The notes beneath the pieces were generated by a model. The model ran no database searches. It was not told the origin of the DNA and was given only the letters and a program-made list of their open reading frames with translations. A stretch of DNA of 62,823 bases, counting the filler, from Octopus bimaculoides (lineage: Eukaryota): the NCBI RefSeq assembly GCF_001194135.2. It is 4 parts of 4 records of this genome, joined end to end, with 100 filler letters (N's around TTAATTAATTAA, not from the genome) between each part and the next. Parts side by side here need not be neighbours in the genome. Positions count along the whole stretch, not along the records: positions 1 to 29,599 come from NC_068995.1; 3 more parts are not named here. One strand, given 5' to 3'. Of the stretch, positions 1 through 14,357 are shown piece after piece. The position numbers and the translations under genes were made by a program. How positions within the stretch are numbered: the first letter of the stretch is position 1; every line of letters starts with the position of its first letter.

Positions 1-85
1 TTGGCACACTTAAGTGGCAATATACTACACTTTATCGTGCAGTTACTGTTAATACTTCATTTAGAGAATTAACATTGCTATATAT

Positions 86-608
86 ATATAATCAACTTTA
101 AATAGAGCTCAAAATTGATCCTTTGAAAATACTTTATTGCAACAACAATAACAATAATAATAACAAATAAATAGACCTATGTACATTTCGATAGAACATC
201 CAGAATGATTAATACATATCATAAAATATTATAAAATATAGGATACTCCATCTCCTCAGGGTCCCATTATTATTGCTATCACCACCACCATTATTATTAG
301 CAATACACATCCAAAAAAAAACAGAAACCATTCAAATCTAATTTTCATAGTTGACCCATGAAAATATACAAAACAGGATGAAAAAGTAATAGATGGCATA
401 CAACTTTCCATCCCAAATAGCAATAATAATGGGACCCTGAGGAGATGGAGTATCCTATATTTTATAATATTTTATATGTATTAATCATTCTGGATGTTCT
501 ATCGAAATGTACATAGGTCTATTTATTTGTTATTATTATTGTTATTGTTGTTGAAATAAAGTATTTTCAACGGATCAATTTTGAGCTCTATTTAAAGTTG
601 ATATATAT
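86..608. repeat. Long inverted repeat, arms about 190 bp (86-279 and 417-608), 137-bp spacer
   Basis: Arms are reverse complements with about 2 substitutions and 2 small indels by eye. Confidence 0.95.
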
Positions 609-1288
609 TCAAAAACTCAACTGAGTTTTTTTGCTAAGACTGTTAACAGATACTATATTTTTTACCAAATTTTTTGGTTAAAAAAATATATATATTTAAT
701 ATATATATANNNNNNNNNNNNNNNNNNNNNNNNNNNNNNNNNNNNNNNNNNNNNNNNNNNNNNNNNNNNNNNNNNNNNNNNNNNNNNNNNNNNNNNNNNN
801 NNNNNNNNNNNNNNNNNNNNNNNNNNNNNNNNNNNNNNNNNNNNNNNNNNNNNNNNNNNNNNNNNNNNNNNNNNNNNNNNNNNNNNNNNNNNNNNNNNNN
901 NNNNNNNNNNNNNNNNNNNNNNNNNNNNNNNNNNNNNNNNNNNNNNNNNNNNNNNNNNNNNNNNNNNNNNNNNNNNNNNNNNNNNNNNNNNNNNNNNNNN
1001 NNNNNNNNNNNNNNNNNNNNNNNNNNNNNNNNNNNNNNNNNNNNNNNNNNNNNNNNNNNNNNNNNNNNNNNNNNNNNNNNNNNNNNNNNNNNNNNNNNNN
1101 NNNNNNNNNNNNNNNNNNNNNNNNNNNNNNNNNNNNNNNNNNNNNNNNNNNNNNNNNNNNNNNNNNNNNNNNNNNNNNNNNNNNNNNNNNNNNNNNNNNN
1201 NNNNNNNNNNNNNNNNNNNNNNNNNNNNNNNNNNNNNNNNNNNNNNNNNNNNNNNNNNNNNNNNNNNNNNNNNNNNNNNNNNNNNNNN

Positions 1289-1347
<59 letters not shown>

Positions 1348-2179
1348 ATACACACACATACACAAACATATGCACACATACACATAAATGTAAACATCTA
1401 TTCCACTATTATCTTTTTGTCATATTAGTGTTAGTATTGTTATTATTTAATGTTAACGATTATTAATGTTACTCATAATCTTATCAAGAATAGAAATTTA
1501 AACTTCATAAATAATGTTAAGTTTTATTATGTTTTTTTAGAAATCATCATCATGATTTTTTTTCTAATTAATTAATATTATTATTATTAATATATATTTC
1601 ATTACCATTCTCAGATATTGGCAGCAATTTTAGTAGTATTGTTATTTCTTATTTATCACTTGTATATATGCATATATGTATATATGTATATATGAATGTG
1701 TATATAGATATGGTACATGTATATTGTGTGGCTATGCCTGTATATAGGTGTGTGTGTGTGTGTGTATCAATACATACATATATACAGATACACATGTATA
1801 TATACATATCATCATTTAACATCTCCTTTTCCAGGCTTCCATGGGTCAGATGGAATTTGCTAAGACAGATTAGATTTTCTAAGGACAAATGTCCCATCTG
1901 TTGCCAACCCTGACCTGTTTCCAAGCAAAGTAATATTTCCCTCCATACCTAGACATCTTTTCAACAGAAGACTGGAAACGCACAACATAGCCAGTATGAC
2001 TATGACACTCATTTACAACCATCACATGATGTCTAAACAAGATACACGCACAGTTTTATATATATATAAACAATTTGAAAATCCTACACGATTAGGTGAA
2101 AAGCGCTTTATTTAATATGTGACATTAATAAAAATCTGTAAATGTACAAACATCCAGATTTCTGAGTACCTTAATTTTT

Positions 2180-2257
<78 letters not shown>

Positions 2258-5200
2258 GCACACACATATACATACATACACACAGATACATACATGATAT
2301 ACATATAATCTATATAGGAGGGTATGTTTGTGTGTGTATAAATTTGAAGTTCAACTTCAATCAATATTAACCCCAACACGCACACGCATTAATCAAAGAT
2401 GTACTTTTTTTAAACAAAACAGGTGATTAGTTTATGATATAAAACATTAAATGGTGTTTTCAAAAATAATTAGTATAAAAGCTAAGAGAAATATATGCAC
2501 CAAATTAAGATTACGGAAAATCAATGCCTATATTCATTATGCTTGCAAACATACAACACATATTTCCAAGTCAAATAAAATCCAGTAAGCTCATAGGCTA
2601 ACTAGCAGGGGATTAGAAATAAAATTTTTTAATATCCATATACATAGATATATCTGATCTATAAAATGTAATAAAAAATATAAAGGTAATTAATAAGTGA
2701 AGAAAAATGTAATTTCTGCTTTTTCTTTGCACATTAAATACAATTTTATGAATTTAAAGGTGGCATATATAGAATTATTTAAAATCGAGAGCAATAAAAA
2801 CAAAACGCAAAAAAGGACATTGAGATAAGGGTTCTTTAAATGTAGAGACCATTGTTGGATTTGAGGAGAAACTCTTCAAATTGTAATACCAATATAAAAA
2901 AAAATCACTGGATGTTAACAATTGGAGCCCCAAAATAGAGAATTTGATTAAGGATTTGGTATTTTTTTCTATATCAGCATAACAAAACAATCAAAATCAG
3001 AAGACACACTCAAGCATGTATAGAAAATTTAAATTATTCTTCAATTGGTTATCGACCCATGAAAAATGAATTTGATGACAACTCCACCCCTCACACATAT
3101 AATAATTTATAAAATAATAAATAAAGCTGTTATTTCATTAATAACAAAATATTGGATTATTTTCAAGCAAAGGAGCATGAAATATGAAATAATACATAAA
3201 ATCAATAGTAACTCAATTATACCAGAGCAGTTATGTTATTCTACCATACATAAACAGCTAATAAGCAGGTGCTGTATATATCATTATACATGATTACTCT
3301 ATCATACATAAATAATTAATAAACAGATGCTGATGATTACTATACTTCAATTTATGATTGAAAATATTTGAAATAAAACCTAGAACATAGCAACCTCAAG
3401 AGATGAACATTATTAATAACCTTATCTTTTTTTTATTATATCAAATTACGTATCTAAAGATATCCAATAACACTATATAGTGATGTTTGGTGTAGAATAT
3501 CATCCAGTCAGTTGTGAATATGGCACATATGACTGCTGGAAAATCATTTACATCAGTTTAATACAATTCCATTTCAGTTTATTTTTGCATTCACCACTAC
3601 CCATGTGTTCCCCTCCCTTACAGGAGGAGATCTATCAATACTACAAGGGAGATTGTTGCACAAACAACAAACATAATGTTTACACACCACAATATCTCAA
3701 CAATACAGAATCAAATAATTTTAATTTTAAACAATGTCTGCCAAATGTACAAAAAAAAAATTAAATAAATAAACAAAAGAAACATATATACTGACAGGCA
3801 ATGAAACATTAACTTAAGCAAACAGGAAGGAAAAAGATACATCATTTAAAGCAGTTTTGTGGAAGTTTAAAAAAAATGTTTGAATTATAACAATGAGCAG
3901 TTAGTGGTCAGTAGTAGTAGGTCCAAGTGAGTCAAGAATCTCTTGTTGACCCTATATCTAAGCTGGGATGTAAATTATTCAAGATGCAGCAAAGTGAGAA
4001 AGAGAGAAAGAGAGAGGGAAAGGTAAAGAGAAAGAGAGAAACAAGCAATAATAAAATAAATTTTTTTTAAAATTGATAATATCCAATCAATTGTTAAAAC
4101 TGTTACTGGGTTAGTAAATAGTAAATAGTCACAAGTTGACTAAAAATTAAAAGAAAAAAGAAAAAAAAATTAGCCATAAAAATTCTGAAGTAAACTTTTT
4201 GAAACCAAAAGGGATGCTGCAAAATATGAACAATATTAAATCCTAGCAAAGTAACACATAAACATCCCATTTCACCACAAATACACACAAGCAAAATTGA
4301 ACAACATTAAGAGAAATTAACAGAATATAACACTAAATATTCTAAGGAGTAAACACTCAAATGGTATTTAGAGTCTCAAATCAAGTTTCATATGCTATTT
4401 CAAAAAAATGTCTCAGAATAGACATTTTCAAAAAATCATTATGTGTACAAAGGAGTAATATATTCCAATTTAATCTGGAACACATTAAACATATTTTTTC
4501 AATTTCTTAACTTTTACACAAAGAAGCTTTGTTATACTATTTTCCATATGTGTTAGGTGCATATAATATGTGCAGCTGTAGATATGTGTTACCAGATAGT
4601 TGGTTATCTATACCTGTGACAGAAGGCTTTTAATCCATAAATAATATTACAAGTAAGAGCCAAACAAACACAACTAGTAAAGGATTCTGATAGACCTGTC
4701 CAATCTGCCCAAATCTAAAACCATCAATATTAACTTCAGGTAATATATTACAAAGCTGTCAAAATTCTAAATGATTCCAAGGATTTTATTAGTGGAAGTT
4801 ATATGTAGAATTTGACAATTTGACTTACTGAAAAGACAAATTGTCTCATTAAAATAGACTTGAGTAAAAAAGAATAGATTATTTTCAGTCATCCATATAG
4901 CATCAATAAAAGGGGGGGGGGGAGAAAAATTTCCTTTATATAACATGCCAAGTGTAAAAAAAAAACTTCACAAACATTTATGCAAAACCTACAAAGACAA
5001 TATTAACAAATTCTTAGTTACACTAGCTAGCTCTTTGAATTGTTTTTATACTATCATATCTAAATACATTTAAATTTATCAAAGTATAGCTTAATAAAAC
5101 TATGTATAGGGTGATAATTAATTCCTTCTATCAGTTCTTAATACTGATCTTAAATATTGGTACTAAGTATAATGATATAAATTTGAATAATTAGTACTTA

Positions 5201-6844
5201 TTTTATTTATTACTGAGATAATGGTATATGAATTCAGAACCCACAGGGTTTATTTAATTCAAAATAAATAATGAAGATGATAATTATTAAAGGTAGACTT
5301 TTATATACATTTTTTTACTGCTTTAAATGACCAGGTTTTGATTATAAAATCAATAATTCTAAGTAGTAAAAAAATATTTTAATGAAAAGATTTGTTTCTG
5401 GTCATTTTTAAATATCAACAATTTCATTTTTCTTCAATCAGATCTCTAACTGAAACACTTATCAAAAACTATCTCCTCACAAATACAAATGGAAACACTT
5501 AGTGCAAATACTAATTTTAAAATATCTACTTATCTTTGAATTTTGTAAAATATTATCAAAGATTGTAGTTTACATAAACTGTTAAAAAAGTAAAACATTT
5601 TCAGTTTAGCTTTCAGTTTATTTAGATTTACATTGAGAATAAGAACATTTTTATTAACAGCATTAGATTTGAATTTAGTTGAAATATAAATAATTATATT
5701 GAACAATACAAAAGAGAAATATATATAAATATAATCAATAACAATTACTATCATTAATTCCTATTACTTATCCTAATCATCTAGTCTCCAGTTGCTTTAA
5801 TTAATTTTATTTCAAGATCTATAATTATAATTCACATTTCAACAATTGTATAAATCTATTTTATATTTAATATGTAAATTACATAGTAATAGTCTTTAAT
5901 CAAACAGAATTGAGAATATTTTCAAAAAGCTATCTAAGCTAAATGCAGAGTTAAATAGTAATTAAATAATAATTTACCAACCATGAAAATTATCTACTTT
6001 AGTACATGCTTGGAACAGTTTCTAGCTAAAATGTGGTAAATTTGAAATAGACTTATTTTATAGAAGCAGAGTTGGTTAAAATACGTGCTAGAATTGAAGA
6101 AATTAACAGAAAGCGAGATAAAATTAATAACTACATTATACAGTATTTCATTTTTGGAATGACTCTCCCCAGACACAACAGAATATACATTATACAGTGT
6201 ATGAGAGAAAAGAAAAAAAATAGACTTCTAGAATTGGGAAATAATATTTAAAAATTAATTAAGACTTGCTGAATCTTAATCTAAATATTAACAAATATTT
6301 TAACTAGCTGGGCATTAAACAAAGAAAAAAAAATCGAACGAGAAAGGTTTGAGACTTTAAATATTCCATTTTGAACATGCCTAAATTGATGTATATGTGT
6401 GTATGTTATAATATACAGTATATGTACAAAGTGTAGTACATTTAACAATTTGATGACTAGAGAATGCTAAAGAATTCTATCAATTATGATAGAATATATT
6501 GTGTTATTTACTCATTGAACTTTTGTGATTTTTCAAAGTTCAAACAAGTACAATATCTTAGCATTCATTTCAGTTATTTAATAATTTACTGGCAATAAAG
6601 ACAAAGTTTTCAAGATTTCAAATCTACAGTGGTAATAGTAGAAGAGTTTATAAAGAATGGTGATATACACTCAGTCGTTATTTCAAAGAATAAACAACAT
6701 ATTGCAGAATGTTGAAAACAATTCTGGCAAATTTGGAAGACATCAGGTAAATATTAAAATCTATCAAACTTTGTTGCACAACTTTAGCTGAGAAATTATT
6801 TTGAAACAAAATATAAGGGATGGAGATTGCAGAAGAATATATAT

Positions 6845-6908
6845 CAGACATATGCTATGTTGAATTCAAGAGCAATTCTGCAAACTAGAAACAAAAGCTT
6901 ATTAGTAC
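6845..6908 (-). CDS. Candidate KHDC4 terminal exon start (STNKLLFLVCRIALEFNIAYV* if joined in phase 1)
   Basis: Very strong acceptor (t)n-cttcacag at 6909-6910, followed by several kb of repeat-poor sequence resembling a 3'UTR. No recognisable homology in the peptide. Confidence 0.3.
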
Positions 6909-7352
6909 CTGTGAAGAAAAAAAAAATATATTGCTTGGCACAAACAAATTTAAACTAATGTTTTGTTTGCTTTAGAAAAAGTAATAATAATAAACAAAAA
7001 TGAAAAAAGCACACAAAAAGTAGGAACATTTTAAAACACAGGAAAGGAAGATAGATCGATAATTTGGGAATAATAAAAATTTGTGCATAAATTGTACTTC
7101 TGGCTGTATGTCCCCCAAATATCCCCCATCTGAATGTACAGAAAGAGCGAGAGAAAGAATCAATTAGTATACTATAGAGATCATAAGATGATTGTAAATA
7201 TGTTAAACACACACAAACATATAGAAAAACCCATACACACACATACATACACAATTATGCATGTATATATATCCATATAACTATGTGTGTGTGTATATAT
7301 ATATATATACATATATATTTGTTATATATATATATATATACATATATATTTG

Positions 7353-7395
<43 letters not shown>

Positions 7396-7544
7396 NNNNN
7401 NNNNNNNNNNNNNNNNNNNNNNNNNNNNNNNNNNNNNNNNNNNNNNNNNNNNNNNNNNNNNNNNNNNNNNNNNNNNNNNNNNNNNNNNNNNNNNNNNNNN
7501 NNNNNNNNNNNNNNNNNNNNNNNNNNNNNNNNNNNNNNNNNNNN

Positions 7545-7583
<39 letters not shown>

Positions 7584-8114
7584 TATGTGTGTGTGTATAT
7601 ATATATGTATGTATACACATATATGAACACAAATACATAGATACACAAAGTGATAATGTAATCATTTACACACAATAGGTGTGTACATGCATACATTTAT
7701 ACAACATACACACACAAATACACATATATACTGTCCATGTAATATACACACAATAAATACATGTAGACTATACACTACACACAATCTGTGTGTAGATATA
7801 CTTGTGTATTGTGTATGTGTATCTAGAAATATAAATTTGAGTGTGCACATATGTATGCATTTTTCTTTTTATTACCCAGAAGAAAAAAAAAGACTACATA
7901 CAGAGATACCCACATACAAATATATTGACATATATTGTTTCTGAACTATCAGCAATTTATCAGCCAAATTTTAATGTAAAAAAAAAAAATATAGCTTAAA
8001 TTGCAGGGCAGGCAGGTGGAGACAAGAGTAATGCTGCAAAGAACAGGGAAGAAAGGTCAAATTGAGTGACATGGATACAAAAATGCTGTACTACGAGCTA
8101 GAAGAAAAACTTAC

Positions 8115-8214
8115 TCTGCTGCTGTAAGCCAGCCAACAAGGTGGCTGTCCCAGGACTCATGGATGCGGGTATGGCAGCCAGGGCCTGCTGAAACTGGGCG
8201 TAGTCTTGCTGAAC
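8115..8214 (-). CDS. KHDC4: KHDC4 coding exon: [33 protein letters not shown]
   Basis: Acceptor tgttctag, donor gtaagt, 100 nt, phase 0-1. Its start corresponds to human VHAEYSRF and it continues the previous exon in frame. Confidence 0.85.
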
Positions 8215-11200
8215 CTAGAACAAAATAATGCATCGGACTGGTTATCTTGCAGCCCGTTTTGATGGATGACAACAACACCTGATCCCTCAAGTTGTGCCTG
8301 AATCATTAGCAGTTAAGTAGCAGGAGAAATAACATCATAATACTACTACTACTACATCAATTAATAATAATAAATAATACTAACAGTAACATAGATTGAA
8401 ATTAATAATAGCTATAAGCAGTACTATGTGAGAAATTGCCAAACAATGTTTTAGCTCTTCCTCTTGTTTACCTAATTATTCCAGTGACACAGAACAATTC
8501 ATGAACAGATCAAAGCATTAACAAAACCCTGATAGATTTTAGGAACCAATATTATGTTTGGAAATGTTTGCTCCAAGGAAAGTGTTCCTTTTAAAATAAT
8601 TTTAACATTTCTTTTTTCTATTTTTGTATGAAAGAGCAAGCTCAAATCAAATGTTTTAGAAATCTTATATAAAGTTGTCAGATTGAGTGCTAATAAATTT
8701 TCAGACTCAATTAAGAAATATGATATATTAAATTGGTAAATTATTCTAAAATTTTCATATAACTTGTGCATCAGAAATTGAAATAACCAAGGTGGAAATA
8801 TTGGCAAATTATTTGGATTTTAACAATAAATATATAAGTTTTAAATATCATCTGATTATTTAGTAGTTTAATAACATTATTTTTAAGCATATAGACCTCT
8901 TACCTAAGCAAAGCTATATTTCATAATTTAGATATCCATTAACAGTAAATATCTTAATTATAATGCAATGAATAACTAACTACAACTACTGTTTCTGCTA
9001 AATTTCAAATCATTAGAAAAATCTTTTAGCATATATTTGCATTTAGTTCTTTGTCCTTTTTTCATGTGAGTACAAAGCACATGCACAAGAACAAATTTCA
9101 AGCTAATCTTCTGACCTCTAAAACTGTATGGTAAGCAAAAATAATATTTGGCAAACCAAGTCAGAACACTAACAATCCTGTTGGAAAAGGTTTAACATTT
9201 AACACAGATTGTAAATGTTCTGTAGTTGAGAAATTTTAAATTATGATTTCCCAATGAGGTAGGTGGTGCTTTGCTCACAAACTAAACTGAAGGTAAATTA
9301 ATGTCACAGAAGAATCTAAATTAAATCACACAGGAAAACTGGGTGTCCGAAGGACTGCTTGGTAAATATTCTGATCTAAACAAAAGGTCTTTAAGAAACT
9401 CAAGGATTCTATTTCAATGTTAGCCCAGATACTATGTTGGAAGATACAGACATATGTTATTTTGATAAAAGTATAAAAAAAAAAAAAGATCATTGACATC
9501 TAACTTAGAAAAAACACCAAATATATGATTATTTAAGGTACACACATACATTATAGAATAATTAATTTTGTATGCAATAAAAAAAACATTTCAACAAAGA
9601 ACATTTAAACCAAAAAAATAACATTATAAAATATTGATATAAAAAAATGTAATGATACTGAATTAAAATATCAAAACAACCCTACTGAGGATTGAATATT
9701 TAACAAAAATTAAAAGATTAAAAAAAGTAAATTTTTAAAATTGGAACCCAGGTTAAAATTCTTAAAGCCCCCACAAAAGTGTCCTAAATTTTTAATCAAT
9801 TACATCAACATTAATTAGGTAATCCTATCATAAATACTATACTGAAACATCAGTATTTAAACATTAGTCTCAACCATTTATATAACCTTCCAAACAGACC
9901 AAAAATAGTTACATGAAATTTAAGGCAAAACTATTATATTAAGAAAACCACACAAAATTTTAGTAGTTCATTTTATTCACCCTTTCGAATTATGACGAAA
10001 TAAGATCTTCAAGAAACTAAGCAACTAACTTTACTCATACACACACACATACACACAGATATAGAAAGAAAGAAAAATTATTCAAATATTTTTTTAAACT
10101 ATTATATTTCACCATGCAGAGGTCTTCAAATTGAAACCATTATACTCCCATGGCAATTCTATTGGCAGCTAACTTATGTAGCATGTTGAAATATTTCTTA
10201 AAACCTCTATCAAATATATTATGTTGATTAAAAAAAGGAAGATAAAATAATATCAGCAGTTGTTTTCTGGATATAATAAAAACAGAATATCTTATCAGTT
10301 CAAGAAACATTTGAACCAGCATGTTTCAAAATAGAGTAAAAGCCTAGATCTAGCTCTGCTGTTAAATTCATTGACCACATAAACAGCACCAAACTGGCCT
10401 GGAAGTTTAAATCACAACAGTTATTTGTAGCATGAGAGTTGGAAAAGTAGGAAAAAAAATTCTGGTTAATGTTATAGATAATTGCCACTTGACATTAGTT
10501 TACAGCATGGAGCTATTTTCAAACCACTAAGTACATTTGAAATATATAGATTAATTAATGGCAAAATAGTCAAATCAAAATAATAAATAATAAAGGGAAT
10601 TAAATCAGGTAGTAGTTAGAAAACTTTCCTTGGATAGAAAGTTTAAATTCAAATCCTGTCAAAAACTTGAAAGAAAAGGAAAAACATTAGTATATATTTA
10701 TACATATATATATATATATACATACACACATATATTTCTATATATATACACACACACATATATATATATATATACATATAAAGAGAATTTGATTGAATAG
10801 AACTTGAGATTTATTAAAATAATTAAAAAGATATTAGTTTTTTTTTTTTTGTTATTTTTATATTGATTTTGCTTTAATATTCAAAACTTGAAGAGGACAA
10901 TAACATTGGTTCATTATAATTGAATGCAATGCATTTACTGTAGAAAAACACCTTTGAAGACATACTTAAAGTTGTAATAAGATTAATTAACTATAAAATG
11001 GATAATTATTCTCAACCAGAGCAATAATTTTTACTGCTACCCTGATGTAATGGTAATAAAAATAGCAAGCTATATATTAATAATGAGAAACAATGACAGA
11101 GTTGGTAAAACAGAGATCAGAGGTACAGGATATGTTGTGTTTAAGAAACATTCTTAAGATTAAAGATTTCAACTTAACTACAGAAACAAGATAACATAGT

Positions 11201-11746
11201 TTGAAACCCCAGAATTATGTGAAAGAATCAATGATGCAATATTTGCAAAAAGAGATTAAAAAAAAAAACAAACAAAAAAACAAAAAGACTACTGCAGAAT
11301 TCTCAGAATGAGGAAATGGCAAAATGTCTTGTATTTAACGAAAGATTCTACTCATTTCTCATAAGAAGCATTCTACTGAACTGGAATTTGAATTTATGTT
11401 ATGCATATTGTAATTTTTTTTTTCTTTTTCATAGCATTGCCAAATTTATCCGGATGGATTTTTTAGCAACTAATTTAAAAAGTAGTTTTGGCAAGTTGGT
11501 GTGCAGCAGACTTTGGAATTTAATGGGAAGAATATTCAAACTTATAATCTCATAAATATAATAAACTGATGTACTTACAAAGATCAGTACCTATGCAATG
11601 AGTAAATTATGAGAAGAACAATATTCTATTCTAGCCCCTCTTCAATCCAACCAATTCTCTATACAATTTGATGCGTAATTTAACATCATGGAGTATGCCT
11701 ACAGATAACTGAACCCTGGCCTAATATTATGAAAGAAACTTGTGTG

Positions 11747-11778
<32 letters not shown>

Positions 11779-12074
11779 TGGTTGTTTGTAAGCCTGAATG
11801 TACTTCACACATGTATACACTTGCATTTTTCTTGAAGATAACATAGAGAAACTAAAACTGTATTTAATTAAACTATCAAAACATTTCATACTACTTTCTA
11901 TACTAATTACAATAATGATTTTAATTTGTTGACATGAGACCCTGAATTATTGAAGGAAAATAAAATCAAATAACTTTGGTACTATTGATGCTGAAGAGAT
12001 GAAATGTGAAGTCAATCCATGTTGAAACTCAACTTAGAATGAAAGATACTACAAAATATTTAATAAGCACTAAG

Positions 12075-12335
12075 TTTACACCACTCCACCAGGCTATTAT
12101 AATGTCTACACTACTCTACCATGCTATAATAATGTCTACTACACCATTCCACGAGGCTATAGGAATGTCTACACCGCTCCACCAAACCACAGTAATGTCT
12201 ACACCACTCCACCAGGCCATAGTAATGTCTACACCACTCCACTAGGTCATAGTAATGACTACACAACTCCACCAGGTTATATTAATGTCTACACCACTCC
12301 ACCAGGCTATAGTCAAATCTACACTACTCCATGTT
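12075..12335 (+). repeat. 30-bp minisatellite, about 8-9 copies (ctacaccactccaccaggctatagtaatgt)
   Basis: Directly visible. Supplied ORF 12006..12245 reads repeated STPLHQAIVM. Confidence 0.95.
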
Positions 12336-13728
12336 ATAGTACTGTTAAAAATCACAAACTACAAGATCATGAATTAATATATTATGTTGTACACCAGACA
12401 AATTAATTTTGTTATTTCAAAGATACATTTAAGAAGGTATTTTACCTACATCTTTTCAAAGCATACACTCCGAAAAATCAAATTAAGGTATTTATAACAG
12501 ATACCAGAAATGTATAACTAAGTGCCATTTCTAATTACACTCACTTCACTATAAATGGGATAATTTTTCATCTAAGCTGACAACACAAGTATAATAATGC
12601 TACTTGTACAAAGAGTAGACAATGATAGGAAGAATTGAATTTAAAAACTTTGGGACAACAAAACTATATTCTTACTACACAGCTACTGACTACTGAAACC
12701 TCAGAAATAATGGTAGAACAATATCTTAATAACTCTTGGAAAAGAAAGTATGTATCATTAAATTAACCAAACAGTTTAGTAAAATTAGACTTAAAAAGAA
12801 ATTAAATTTATTTTAGTTCTCTAAAATAAAGATTTGTTAAGGAGGAAGTTTTAAACTAATTTTAAGCTTCAATCTAAACACAAGACATTCAGCTTTGAAA
12901 ATGAATTACAAAGTATTAAGAAATCAATCCAATAAAAATTTATTATATTTTCAATTGAAATACATCTAGATCAATGAAATCTGCAGCAGACAGATTAGGG
13001 GGAGGGGAAGGTAAAACAGATAACTGATTTGTATTTAAGGAGTCATAAGCAAGTAAATCCTCTACTTTTAGACATGATGCCATAAGACAAAAATGTTATG
13101 GGGAATAAATCATTTGAAGTAGATTTGACCAAAATAGCTTGTCCTTACAGTGCTTTCCAAGAGGAGAAAACTTAAAAAAAAGCCCCAGAAAAAACACACA
13201 CACATAAAAAATAATAAACATAGAAAAAGACAACTTAGTTCAAAGTGGCCATATATAAAAGAATTCTGAAACATAACTAAGTATATAAAACAAGGAAAAA
13301 TATTTGATTAATAAAATACATTTAGCTGTCCAGTGAGACTTAAGTTTCTTTTTTAACCATACAGAACTGGCTTAGAAAGTTGAACAAAAATTTTTGTTAA
13401 AATTTGGAAAAGGGCAAAAAATAAATAAATAATTAAATAAATAAAAAAATTAAAATAAAATGCACAAGAAATTGTCAATGTTAGAAAAAGGAAAAAAAAA
13501 TTATAAAGTTTGAGTCCTGAGAAGCAAGAAGAGAGGAAGAAAAAAATACTTTTTTTTCTTATATATGTAGATTATTTATTGAAGTTTTTAATAAAATTTT
13601 CTTAAAAAATAGATATTTCAGTGTACAAGAAAGTTTTGTGGACAGTATAGGAAGCAAAGAGTAATAATTGGAAGAATTATGGGAAAATGTCAATGTATGC
13701 TGTGTGTAGATTATGAAAGCAAACTTAC

Positions 13729-13789
13729 CGTTTGTATGAGATTTTCTGCAAGCTGTTTGGCCTGTTGCAGTCCCATAATATTTGCATGT
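13729..13789 (-). CDS. KHDC4: KHDC4 coding exon: HANIMGLQQAKQLAENLIQT
   Basis: Acceptor tttatttag, donor gtaagt, 61 nt, phase 2-0. Matches human [20 protein letters not shown]. Confidence 0.92.
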
Positions 13790-14232
13790 CTAAATAAACA
13801 GAAACATGAAAAATAAAACATGCATTTAGTTAAATATATAAAGGAAACAATCTATTCTCTTAAAAACCAAATTTCAAATAAACATTTACAAAGGTCATTG
13901 AACATGTAAGATTTCAGTAAGAAATAATAGCTTTCATCCCAACTGAGGTTTTCTACATAACTAACATCATGAATTCTCATGGAATAGTAAAGTATGTTAC
14001 ATATGTTATATTTCCCATTTTCCTCAATGTTTAAGATTTTATGCCAACCCCAAGGTAACAATAGAACATATATCAATTCAATGTAGTCTACTTCAAACAC
14101 ATAGCAAATGATGTGTAAAATGGATAGCGATTTAGTTCTTGGTATCAAAAATACTTCACTCTATATAAAGAATTTTTATTGAAAATAAAGATATTAGGAA
14201 AAAAATACGGTAGAAATAATAATGGAACTTAC

Positions 14233-14357
14233 TGGAGATGGATATGCATAGGCTCAAAAGCTTCACGGCCTGATGTAGATTCTATAAAATTTGATCCCTT
14301 TCCTCTTAATGTTACTTTTGCACCAGTTTCATTTTGAATGTGTTGCAAAAAGCAGCC
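14233..14357 (-). CDS. KHDC4: KHDC4 coding exon: [41 protein letters not shown](Q) (SF1-type KH core)
   Basis: Acceptor taaaag, donor gtaagt, 125 nt, phase 0-2. Carries the ETGAKVxLRGKGS and GREAFEPM motifs. Confidence 0.95.

Noticed and set aside
643-1397. Long ORFs of 200-410 aa spanning N runs (also at 19.3k, 31k, 35.5k, 50.2k, 53.8k and 56.5k)
   Set aside because: They are X-filled translations of assembly gaps flanked by (TA)n/(CA)n and are not coding evidence.
10330-10450. Possible H/ACA snoRNA hairpin on the minus strand
   Set aside because: H-like and ACA boxes are present, but the lower stem does not pair and such boxes are frequent in AT-rich DNA.
12075-12335. Regularly spaced repeats as a possible CRISPR array
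   Set aside because: The units are head-to-tail with no unique spacers, the context is eukaryotic and there are no cas genes.
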